NCBI GenBank assembly: GCA_038214755.1 | Contig: JBBQRQ010000013.1 | Coordinates: 9,155 to 73,154 of the forward strand | DNA length: 64,000 bases | Direction: 5' to 3' | DNA from: Verrucomicrobiota bacterium | GTDB taxonomy: Bacteria; Verrucomicrobiota; Verrucomicrobiia; Limisphaerales; CANJXF01 | Shown here: positions 11,401-18,808 of the stretch, piece by piece | How positions within the stretch are numbered: position 1 is the first letter of the stretch | Layout: each line of letters starts with the position of its first letter | Translations under genes and position numbers: made by a program | Notes under the pieces: generated by a model | Seen by the model: only the letters and a program-made list of their open reading frames with translations | Told to the model about the DNA's origin: nothing | Databases searched by the model: none

Positions 11401-12152
11401 CCGGCCGCAATCGCCACGACGTTGGATAATCCCGGCGGAACTTCCGGCGCTCCGACCGAACCCCAAGTAACAACTGTCCCGTCAGCCTTGAGCGCCAGAC
11501 TGTGGTAAAACCCAGCAGTAATCGCCACCACATTTGACAAGTCGGACGGAACATTGGTCTGGCCGTAAATATTCCATCCCCACGCCGCGACCGTTCCATC
11601 GGACTTCAGTACGATGCTGTATTCAATGCCCGCTGCAATGGCGACAATATTGGAAAGTCCTGGTGGAACGTTCGTCGGAGTATAACTCGCGGCGCCCACG
11701 CCCGCCGTGACAATGGTGCCGTCTGATTTCAGCGCCAGCCAATGATACCAGCCCGCCGCGATGGCAACGATATTGGAGAGGCTTGAGACGGGAGGCACGG
11801 TGGTTGAGCCGCCCCAACTAACAACGGTTCCGTCCGCCTTGAGGGCCAAGCTTTGACTGCTGCGCGCCGAAATGGCCGTAACATTATTCAAACCCGGCGG
11901 GACATTCGTCGCACCGCCATCATTATATCCCCAGGCGACGACGGTGCCGTCAGTCTTGAGAGCCAAACTGTGTCGCCAGCCCGCGGCAATCGATTTCACA
12001 TTGTCCAATCCGTTGGGAAGGGAAGTTTGTCCGTAATGGCTGTCTCCCCATGCAGCCACCTTGCCGCCCGCATGGCAGATGAGCGGCGCACAGACGCCCG
12101 TCAGCACGATCATGAAACCGAAGTCCCTTTTTATGCAGAATGGATTTTTCAT
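8427..12152 (-). CDS. Large secreted protein with RCC1/BLIP-II-like repeats and immunoglobulin domains
   Basis: Two blocks of VPxGLSNVVAIAAGxxHSLALKxDGTVVAWG repeats; multiple Ig domains (P.I..QP...YQW..NG...Y.V.VSN..G); C-terminal QASTDLTDW...RFYR. Confidence 0.92.
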   Translation of the reverse strand: MKNPFCIKRDFGFMIVLTGVCAPLICHAGGKVAAWGDSHYGQTSLPNGLDNVKSIAAGWRHSLALKTDGTVVAWGYNDGGATNVPPGLNNVTAISARSSQSLALKADGTVVSWGGSTTVPPVSSLSNIVAIAAGWYHWLALKSDGTIVTAGVGAASYTPTNVPPGLSNIVAIAAGIEYSIVLKSDGTVAAWGWNIYGQTNVPSDLSNVVAITAGFYHSLALKADGTVVTWGSVGAPEVPPGLSNVVAIAAGAYHSMALKADGTVVAWWAGHNGIPDYGQTVVPPGLTNVKAIAAGEGHSLALVFDGPPEILQQPASRDIPYRSNILLSVRARGLEPLVYRWFLNGNPVNDAARISGATSASLSISNAQFADIGAYTVVVSNAFGSVTSAGAVLTVISPPSITSQSPDRTVAAGTDLTFAVFADGTPPLNFQWFFNGTNLPGKTSSSITLLNVQPGDSGTYFLRVTNPYGDVQADLHLTVTNAAPYFVQQPYVRQSDQSIVTNPVVPIGGSVTLNVGARGSLPLSYQWRFNGAEIPARTNATLTLSNFRYDQIGFYSVTVSNSFGETNSAKIFLNVSQVVAFGDPFTGNTNFPFGLSNVVAIAAGGSHITALKSDGTVKVWLANANYIFGSAAVTNVPAGATNIIAISAGPDHNLALRSNGTVIAWGGNASGQTNVPAGLSNVVAIAAGPGRGFAIKSDGSVAGWGTYGIVPSNLSNVVAITATTSANGASFALKRDGTVVTWATFLTLTNVTGLSNAIAIAGGSSGILALRQDGTIWNSTGRILLSTNLSNVIAIAANNTVGLVLKNDGTLVSSGAFGKTPLPVLSNVTAIDVGGVQTDFGVALIGDGAPAITIQPVSQIVKKGDAVQLHSRAAGIQPIAYQWQLDTVNIPGATNGSLIITNFQGKDTGAYRMLASNALGSVFSMTAQIAIPFSTNLPAALNATNLIWDTFSWLNPAGGTSKTTGVWFAQIRQTHDGDAAAQSGAISNNQQSVLTTMVNGPGTLTFWWKVSSEAGYDFLRLTVDNQNPFAGISGETEWEQKTVSISSGSHVLHWTYAKDATVSSGRDAGWVDEVSFSPTIIRHPFNQTVSLGANVTIPAFAEGAPPLNYQWLKNGTNLIGATNQYLTLTSVSRRDSATYALKVSNAGGSVTSSNAILKVLVPQQLNPLQHLADGSVFLLSRDVDGGTLLPEDLAAFGIQASTDLTDWIALPIAPALTNGSLLFNDTNTVNFPKRFYRIVEH

Positions 12153-12250
12153 AAAACACTTTTTTTCTCAGACTTTACACTCGTTGTTCTTGGAACGGTG
12201 CGTCTGACTTTGCGCCTTGCTGGTGGTTGATGCAGTAGAAGTAAATCACA

Positions 12251-12395
12251 AACCACAGATGAACGCGAATGGATACGAATGAGAACAACAGGTGCACCGT
12301 GAAACTCAGCCCACAGAAAGTTAGTGTGCAAAAATCCGACCGACGACTTCATTTCGCATTCACCATCTGGATTTATCTGCGTGGTATCTGCGGTT
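12251..12395. repeat. Degenerate inverted-repeat element (AACCACAGATGAAC...ATCTGCGGTT family)
   Basis: Left arm AACCACAGATGAACGCGAATGGATACGAAT; right arm ATCTGGATTTATCTGCGTGGTATCTGCGGTT. Confidence 0.55.
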
Positions 12396-12443
12396 TCGAC
12401 AACAGGGTTCGTTTAAGGTCGCCGGGGTTCATGTGAAAAATAT

Positions 12444-13562
12444 TTAGCGAACTCGATATTGCTCGACTTTTTTTTCATCCAACTCCACGCCAAGTCCTGG
12501 CTTCAAACTGGCCCTCGCGTCTCCACCAAGAATCGGAAGTCGCTCGGTCAGCAAATCGTGTTCGTAAAAAAATGGACCAATGATATCGCAGGGAAAATTT
12601 TCCGCATCGATTCCGCGATTCGCCATCGCCAGATGAATCATCGCGGCGCTGCCCACGCCCAATTCTAAATTGCTGCCGACGGTGCATTTCAAATTTTTGC
12701 TTTCGGCGAACTCCGCAATTTTTTTCGCGGGGGCGATCCCGCCCGCCTTGCCCACGTAAATCGAAAAAATATCCGCCGCCTGCAACCGCGCCAAAGTCTT
12801 CGCGTCCTGCAAAGTGTAGAGACTTTCGTCGGCGATGATCGGAATGGAAATTCGGGCGCGAAGGTCCCCCATGCTCGCGACGTCCTCGGGGGAAACCGGC
12901 TGTTCGGCGAAATAAATATCAAACTCGCTCAACCGCTCAATCGTGCTCACCGCGTTCTCCATCGACCAGCCGCCATTGGCATCAACACCCAATTTGATTT
13001 CCGGCCCGATTGCTTCGCGAACCGCTCGCACCCGCGCAACGTCTCCGTCGGGGTCGATCCCCACTTTCACTTTCATTGAGCGAAAGCCTTGCTCCACCGC
13101 CCAGCGCGCAATCTCCGCCGCTCGCGCCGGCTCGACGCCGGAGACCGACCACTTGGTTGGAATCACCTCCCGCACTTTGCCGCCGAGCAATTCGTAAACG
13201 GGTTTGCCCGCGGCTTTGCCCGCGATGTCCCACAAGGCCATTTCCACCGCCGCTTTCGTAAAAAAATTTCCAGCGAACGCCGTGCGAAATTTTGCCGTCA
13301 GCCTTTCCATCTCAATTGGATTTTCGCCGACCAGGATCGGCGCAAGATAATTATTGATGAAATGCGCGGCGGTGACCTGGTCTTCGCCACTCCAGCGCGG
13401 CGTGCAGGAGGCCTCGCCCAGTCCGACGATTCCCGCGTCCGTAAAAACTTTTACCAGCAGAAAGGGCGAAACGGTGTGCGACCCGCCGCGTCCGCTGCGA
13501 ATGGCCAGTTCCGGTTTGATCGGAACATTGACCGGGATGGTTTCAATGCGAATAATTTTCAC
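12444..13562 (-). CDS. Muconate cycloisomerase / mandelate racemase-family enolase superfamily enzyme
   Basis: GTG start at 13562 (VKIIRIETIPV); GLGEA, AAVEMALWDIAGK, KVKVG, VDANGGW, EQP, ADES, CDIIGP, PGLGVELD. Confidence 0.88.
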   Translation of the reverse strand: MKIIRIETIPVNVPIKPELAIRSGRGGSHTVSPFLLVKVFTDAGIVGLGEASCTPRWSGEDQVTAAHFINNYLAPILVGENPIEMERLTAKFRTAFAGNFFTKAAVEMALWDIAGKAAGKPVYELLGGKVREVIPTKWSVSGVEPARAAEIARWAVEQGFRSMKVKVGIDPDGDVARVRAVREAIGPEIKLGVDANGGWSMENAVSTIERLSEFDIYFAEQPVSPEDVASMGDLRARISIPIIADESLYTLQDAKTLARLQAADIFSIYVGKAGGIAPAKKIAEFAESKNLKCTVGSNLELGVGSAAMIHLAMANRGIDAENFPCDIIGPFFYEHDLLTERLPILGGDARASLKPGLGVELDEKKVEQYRVR

Positions 13563-13576
13563 GGTGGCCGGGTAGC

Positions 13577-13650
13577 ATCTGCCTCCGGCGGGTGCGAAAC
13601 GATTTATTAATTCGATGTTCGATGTTGGTGGTTCGATGTTCGATGTTCGA
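13577..13650 (+). repeat. 22-bp repeat plus (TTCGATG)n heptamer tract, copy 1
   Basis: ATCTGCCTCCGGCGGGTGCGAA followed by TTCGATGTTCGATGTTGGTGGTTCGATGTTCGATGTTCG. Confidence 0.8.
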
Positions 13651-13731
13651 AAAACACTCGCCCCCTGTGGCGAAATTTGGGAAAGTTCCCCAGAGCGCGG
13701 CGCACCGAATCGCGCTGCCCAAAAAAGGAAC

Positions 13732-14523
13732 GTGAAGATCCTCGACGAAATCCTCCAGCAAAAAAAAATCGAAGTGGCGAAACTTCCCGCCCGCCTTATC
13801 GCTGCCGGTGATTTGCGCGACGCTATCCTCGAGCGGAACGAGAGGCGCGATTTTTTCTCCGCGTTGAAAGATTCCAAACAAGGATCGATCGCGCTGATCG
13901 CCGAGGTTAAGAAAGCCTCTCCCTCCGCTGGAATTATTTGTGAGAACTTTGATCCGGTTCGTATCGCTCGGGAATTCGAAGTCGCTGGCGCAAGTTGTTT
14001 ATCCGTTCTCACCGACGAAAAGTTTTTCCACGGCTCGCTGGATTATCTCAAACAAATCCGCGCTGCCGTCTCAATTCCTCTCCTGCGAAAAGATTTCATC
14101 ATCGACGAGCGACAGATCCTGGAGTCCATCGAGTGGGGCGCGGACGCGATTCTCCTCATCGTTGCCATTTTGTCGGATGAAAAATTAAAACAATTTCACG
14201 CGCTCGCCGTCGAAGCAGGTTTGGCCGCTCTGGTTGAAGTTCATGATGAAAGCGATTTGGCTCGCGCGCTGAAAATCGACCCGCCGTTGATCGGCGTGAA
14301 CAATCGCGACCTGAAAACGTTTCAAGTCGATCTGGCGACGACCGAAAGGCTGGCGGCGAAAATCGATTTGAAAAATAAAATTCTCGTGGGCGAAAGTGGA
14401 ATCCGTTCTCGCGCCGATGTGGAACGGTTGGAACGATGCGGGGCTGGAGCAATTCTGGTGGGAGAATCTTTGCTGAAAGGTGGAACTATCTCCAAAAAAA
14501 TAGAAGAACTTCTTGGTCAGTGA
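13732..14523 (+). CDS. trpC: Indole-3-glycerol-phosphate synthase
   Basis: ILDEIL, LIAEVKKASPSAG, LSVLTD..FF.GS, LRKDFII, LVEVH, GVNNRDL, ESGI, LVGESL. Confidence 0.96.
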   Translation: MKILDEILQQKKIEVAKLPARLIAAGDLRDAILERNERRDFFSALKDSKQGSIALIAEVKKASPSAGIICENFDPVRIAREFEVAGASCLSVLTDEKFFHGSLDYLKQIRAAVSIPLLRKDFIIDERQILESIEWGADAILLIVAILSDEKLKQFHALAVEAGLAALVEVHDESDLARALKIDPPLIGVNNRDLKTFQVDLATTERLAAKIDLKNKILVGESGIRSRADVERLERCGAGAILVGESLLKGGTISKKIEELLGQ

Positions 14524-14526
14524 TGG

Positions 14527-14635
14527 ATCTGCCTCCGGCGGGTGCGAAGACGTTCTGGATTCGACGTTGGTTGTTCGATGTTCAGAGTGGGATGTTGGTT
14601 CGCATTTTCAAACGTCGAACATTAAATATCGAGCG
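14527..14635 (+). repeat. 22-bp repeat plus heptamer tract, copy 2
   Basis: Identical ATCTGCCTCCGGCGGGTGCGAA at 14527-14548, then TTCGACGTTGGTTGTTCGATGTTC and an inverted AACGTCGAACAT. Confidence 0.8.
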
Positions 14636-14724
14636 GATTGTTTTCGCACCGACCGGAACCAGACGCTCCCCGGTCTTGGTGCGAATTTTTCTGGCCGCGA
14701 TTTGGGCCGAGGATTTTTCCGGAA

Positions 14725-15207
14725 CTAACAACTGGTCGGAACCTCCTGCAAAACTTCTATGCAATGCGGAATTGCGCCCTGAACGAAGCCGAGACATTCC
14801 ACCGCTCCGCTGGGTTTTCCGGGAAGACAAATCACCAAACTTTTTTCCACGACGACGGCGAGATTGCGCGAGAGAATTGCATTCCGGGTAATTTTCATCG
14901 ACTCGATTCGCATGATTTCGCCGAAGCCGGGCAATTCCCGAAATGCGATTTCGCGAACGGCTTCCGGAGTCACATCGCGCAAGGCAACGCCCGTTCCGCC
15001 TGTGGTCAAAATAAGTTGGCAAGCTTGATTGATCTGCCCGCGAATGGCGCGTTGGATTTCCCGCATTTCATCGGGCACCAAAATTTCCGCCAGAACTTTC
15101 CAGCCGTAACTTTCCGCCGCCTTCTTCAAGGCCGGCCCGCCGAGATCATCGTAAAGCCCTTTCGAGGCGCGATCAGAAATGGTGATGATGCCCGTTTGGA
15201 TTTGCAT
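14725..15207 (-). CDS. mog: Molybdopterin adenylyltransferase (MogA/MoaB family)
   Basis: ITISDRAS.G..DDLGGP, ILTTGGTG..RDVTPEA, ELPGFGE, LSR, LPGKP. Confidence 0.92.
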   Translation of the reverse strand: MQIQTGIITISDRASKGLYDDLGGPALKKAAESYGWKVLAEILVPDEMREIQRAIRGQINQACQLILTTGGTGVALRDVTPEAVREIAFRELPGFGEIMRIESMKITRNAILSRNLAVVVEKSLVICLPGKPSGAVECLGFVQGAIPHCIEVLQEVPTSC

Positions 15208-15217
15208 AGGGATATTT

Positions 15218-15293
15218 AACCACAGAGGCCCAGAGGCACAGAGAAAAGAAAATCAAATCTGCTTTCGCTCTGTGTCCCTGTGACTCTGTGGCT
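15218..15293. repeat. Inverted-repeat element (AACCACAGAG..CAGAG/CTCTGTG family) overlapping the moaC 3' end
   Basis: AACCACAGAGGCCCAGAGGCACAGAG ... CTCTGTGTCCCTGTGACTCTGTGGCT. Confidence 0.7.
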
Positions 15294-15744
15294 CCACTTT
15301 CGTTTTGGAAATGAGTTTTATGTCTGTGATCAGCATATTTTTGTCCACCGCTTTGCACATGTCATAAATCGTCAACGCCGCAACGCTCACCGCCATCAAC
15401 GCCTCCATCTCAACGCCGGTTTGCGCGATGATTTTTGCGGAAGCGGTGATGACAATGCGGTCGGCGCTTTTGGGAATTTCAAAATTAATCTCGCAATGCG
15501 AGATCGGCAGCGGGTGACAAAGCGGAATCAAGTCGCCCGTTTTTTTTGCCGCCAAAATCCCGGCGATACGCGCCGTCGCCAAAACATTTCCTTTGGCAAT
15601 TTTGTTTCTTTGGATCAGCGCAACCGTCGATTTTTGTAAAAGGATTTGGCCGCGCGCCACGGCTACACGCTGGGAAACAGGCTTGGGCGAGACATCGACC
15701 ATTCGGGCCTGACCGCGCGAGTCGATATGCGAAAGTTTTTTCAT
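15253..15744 (-). CDS. moaC: Cyclic pyranopterin monophosphate synthase
   Basis: LSHID..GQARMVDVS, KGNVLATARIAGI.AAKKT..LIPLCHP, TGVEMEAL, IYDMCKAVD. Confidence 0.96.
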   Translation of the reverse strand: MKKLSHIDSRGQARMVDVSPKPVSQRVAVARGQILLQKSTVALIQRNKIAKGNVLATARIAGILAAKKTGDLIPLCHPLPISHCEINFEIPKSADRIVITASAKIIAQTGVEMEALMAVSVAALTIYDMCKAVDKNMLITDIKLISKTKVEPQSHRDTERKQI

Positions 15745-15850
15745 TTCCGGGGCTGGAGAGTAGAACAACCGGCGCGATGCCTGGAGCTAATTCCTGGAGC
15801 GGCGCGTCTGCGACCGCTGAAGACAAATCCGCGAGTGAAATAAATTTCGC

Positions 15851-16990
15851 TCATTTCTTTTTTATTTTCGCCAGACTCCGCTTCAAAATTTTTTCCAAAG
15901 GCTCTTTCTCCTGCCCGAGTCGACGTTGCAACAAGTTCAGGACGACAGCCTCCTCCGGGCGCAACTTGCTCACGGGTGTTTTCCCTGGCTCGATGCGCTG
16001 CTTCACCCCGTCCAACATCGAGCCGTCGAGATACGAAGCAAAAACCGCCGGATGCACGTAACATTTTTTGCAAATCGCCGGAGTGTTGCCCAGCTTTTGC
16101 GCAACCGATTCAATCGCTTGCGCCAAATTTTTTTTGGCCTGAGTTTGCGTCGCAAATGTTTCCAATTCCTTCAACGCGGTCAGCGCCAGCACCGTTCCGG
16201 CCCAGGTCCGAAAATCTTTCGCCGTAAAATCTTCTCCGCTGATCTCGCGCAAATATTCGTTTACATCTTCTGACTTCACGTCTTCCCGTTTTCCATCGAG
16301 GTGGATGCATTGAAAAAGTTTCTGACCGGGAAGCTCCTGGCAGCGCTTGACAATTTTCGCGAGCCGCTTGTTTTGAACAGCAATCGAGTGGTGTTTGCCG
16401 CCTTTGCCGCGAAACTCAAATCGCATGGCCGAGCCTCTCACCGTCACGTGCTGATCCCGCATCGTGCTTAAACCGAAGGAATGATTCTCCCGCGCATATT
16501 CATCGTTGCCGACGCGGATGAGACTGGCTTCGAGCAATCGCACAATAGTCGCCAAAACTTTCTCGCGCGGCAATCCGCGCCGCGCTAAATCCCTGGCCAC
16601 GCGCCGCCGAATTTTCGGAAGCGCTTTCGCAAAAATAATCATGCGATTGAATTTGGTTTCATCGCGCACGGCGCGCCAACGGCGATGATACCGATACTGC
16701 TTGCGCCCGCGGTCATCACGGCCCGTCGCCTGTAGATGGCCGTTTGTCAGCGGACAAATCCACACGCCCGCCCAAGCCGGTGGGATGGCCAAAGATTTGA
16801 TGCGGCGAAGATGTTCGGGATTTGAAATCGTTTTCCCGCCGCGACCGATGAAGCGAAAGCCTTTGCCATTTTTCTCGCGGCGAATTCCAGGTATTTCGTC
16901 GGAGACATATCTCAGCCCGGCGACCTGCGCCGATTTTTTTGGATCCGTGACAATAGGGATTGGTGAAATGCTTTTATGCCTGACCTCCAT
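15851..16990 (-). CDS. DNA topoisomerase IB (poxvirus-like bacterial type)
   Basis: AIPPAW..VWI, LQATGRDDRGRKQYRYH, IRVGN, FRGKGGK, KDFRTWAGT, LGNTPAICKKCYVHP (catalytic Tyr). Confidence 0.95.
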   Translation of the reverse strand: MEVRHKSISPIPIVTDPKKSAQVAGLRYVSDEIPGIRREKNGKGFRFIGRGGKTISNPEHLRRIKSLAIPPAWAGVWICPLTNGHLQATGRDDRGRKQYRYHRRWRAVRDETKFNRMIIFAKALPKIRRRVARDLARRGLPREKVLATIVRLLEASLIRVGNDEYARENHSFGLSTMRDQHVTVRGSAMRFEFRGKGGKHHSIAVQNKRLAKIVKRCQELPGQKLFQCIHLDGKREDVKSEDVNEYLREISGEDFTAKDFRTWAGTVLALTALKELETFATQTQAKKNLAQAIESVAQKLGNTPAICKKCYVHPAVFASYLDGSMLDGVKQRIEPGKTPVSKLRPEEAVVLNLLQRRLGQEKEPLEKILKRSLAKIKKK

Positions 16991-17077
16991 GCGTCCTATT
17001 ATTCTCGCGAAACAAAAATGTGCAATCGGTTGATTCTCCGTTCGACACCGCGCCAAAAGAAATTTAATCTCGTCTCC

Positions 17078-17953
17078 ATGCGACACACTTTTTTCCTTCT
17101 CTTCGGCGGAGCCATTTTATTTTTTCTCACCGTGATGGAGACGGGCGCCGCCAACCCGCCGCGTGTCGTCTTCGTCACAGGCGACCACGAATACGGCTCC
17201 GAGCGAACGATGCCGGCGCTGGCCAAAGAGTTGGAGAAAAAATTCGGACTGAAGACGACTGTCCTTCTGGCGACGAATGAAAAAGGCGATCGTGATGAGA
17301 GTTACGAAAAAAATATTCCCGGATTGGAAGCGTTGGAGAAAGCCGATCTGGCCGTTTTCTTTTTGCGCTGGCGTCTCCTGCCCAAAGAGCAGGTCGCGCT
17401 CATTCAAAAATATTTGGATAGCGGCAAACCGGTGGTGGGGTTCCGCACGACATCGCATTCGTTTCATTATCCCAAGGGCGATGAATTGGAGCGATGGAAT
17501 GCATTCGGCGAATTTGCGTTCGGCACGCCGCCGGGCTGGGGCGCGTCCGGTCACACTCATTACGGCCACACTTCCAGCACGGATGTTTCAATCATTCCTG
17601 CGGCGGCGAAAAATCCGATTCTGACTGGAGTGGAGCAAAATTTTCATGTCCGCTCCTGGCTGTATCACGTATTGCCCAATTATCCGCCACGTGGCGCGAC
17701 GCAATTGCTCATGGGGAAATCGGTGGGACCGGAACATCCCGCCATCGAGAATCCTGTGGCTTGGACTTATCACACCGAGAAAGGCGGACGCGCTTTTTAC
17801 ACTTCGCTCGGGCATCCCGAAGATTTTCAAGTCGAGTCTTTTCAACGCCTGGTCGTTAACGCGATTCATTGGGCGCTGGGAAAACCGGTTCCAGAAAAAT
17901 GGCCGGGCAAACTCGACCTCAACGTTTCCTACGAGAAGCCGAAGAAAACTTGA
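17078..17953 (+). CDS. ThuA-like (trehalose utilisation) domain exported protein
   Basis: Signal peptide; VVFVTGDHEYGSE, IPGLEAL..ADL, GFRTTSHSF, PVAWT, GRAFYTSLGHPEDF. Confidence 0.85.
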   Translation: MRHTFFLLFGGAILFFLTVMETGAANPPRVVFVTGDHEYGSERTMPALAKELEKKFGLKTTVLLATNEKGDRDESYEKNIPGLEALEKADLAVFFLRWRLLPKEQVALIQKYLDSGKPVVGFRTTSHSFHYPKGDELERWNAFGEFAFGTPPGWGASGHTHYGHTSSTDVSIIPAAAKNPILTGVEQNFHVRSWLYHVLPNYPPRGATQLLMGKSVGPEHPAIENPVAWTYHTEKGGRAFYTSLGHPEDFQVESFQRLVVNAIHWALGKPVPEKWPGKLDLNVSYEKPKKT

Positions 17954-18060
17954 TGTAACTACCGTTGGGATAAAACGAGAGTCGCGCGAAGATATCCTCA
18001 ATGTTTCTGGCCTGATATTTTTTTTGTTCGCAAACTTGAGCACAAAACGTAAAATTCAAC

Positions 18061-18333
18061 ATGAGCGTGAAAGAACTCGAGAAACAGGTGAAGCATCTTA
18101 CCCCGCGCCAACTCGACAGTTTCGGTCAATGGTTCGAACAATATCGTGATGGTGCATCGCTCGGCGGAGAGACCGGTGAGGATTTGACAGCAGATCAGAA
18201 AATGGAAATCCGCCGCCGCCGTGATGAACTTATCGCCAACCCTGGCCTCGCCCAACCAGTGACCGATGAAATGTTCGAGCGGTTGAAACGAAAACTCGCT
18301 CATGCACGCCCTCGAAAAACATCCGCTTGTTGA
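18061..18333 (+). CDS. Putative addiction-module antitoxin
   Basis: Short protein with LTADQKMEIRRRRDEL..NP motif; overlaps the downstream ParE-type toxin. Confidence 0.7.
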   Translation: MSVKELEKQVKHLTPRQLDSFGQWFEQYRDGASLGGETGEDLTADQKMEIRRRRDELIANPGLAQPVTDEMFERLKRKLAHARPRKTSAC

Positions 18334-18607
18334 TTGTGATTTGGAAGAAGGCGCGCTCTGGTATCATCAACGCGAGCCGGAAGTTGCTCTGCGATTTATC
18401 GACTCCGCACGAGATGCGATGCGCGCAGCGGCAATTCGACCGTTGCACTTTTCCCGGCGATTCGACGACATCCGCCGGGTGAGAATGCGTGGTTTTCAGC
18501 ACAGCGTTTATTTTCAATTGCATCAAGACACAGTTTATGTGCTGGCCATCGCCCACGGCGCGCGAGATCTAACGCGGCTACTCGGGGCGCGGAAAACCTC
18601 TCGTTAG
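18302..18607 (+). CDS. RelE/ParE-family toxin
   Basis: HP.V..DLEEGALWY..RE..VALRF, IRR..MRGF.HSVYF, VYVLAIAHGARD. Confidence 0.85.
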   Translation: MHALEKHPLVDCDLEEGALWYHQREPEVALRFIDSARDAMRAAAIRPLHFSRRFDDIRRVRMRGFQHSVYFQLHQDTVYVLAIAHGARDLTRLLGARKTSR

Positions 18608-18808
18608 TTTTTTAGTTCAATACACCACCCCAACACCACCGCGTGTTCGGCAGAGTTCAGTCCTTTCGCCCATTGCGCCGGCACAACAGTTCATCGCGCC
18701 GCGGTTGGTTGGGACGACACAGCCGCGCTCGCAAAATGTCAACTTGGGCGCGGCGGATTTCGCGCTTGGCACGGTCAATTGATGCGCGGCGGGAACAACG
18801 ATTATTTT

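Noticed and set aside
13563..14012. 150-aa N-terminal extension of the enolase-family ORF
   Set aside because: Antisense to trpC and the repeat tract; family homology starts at GTG 13562.
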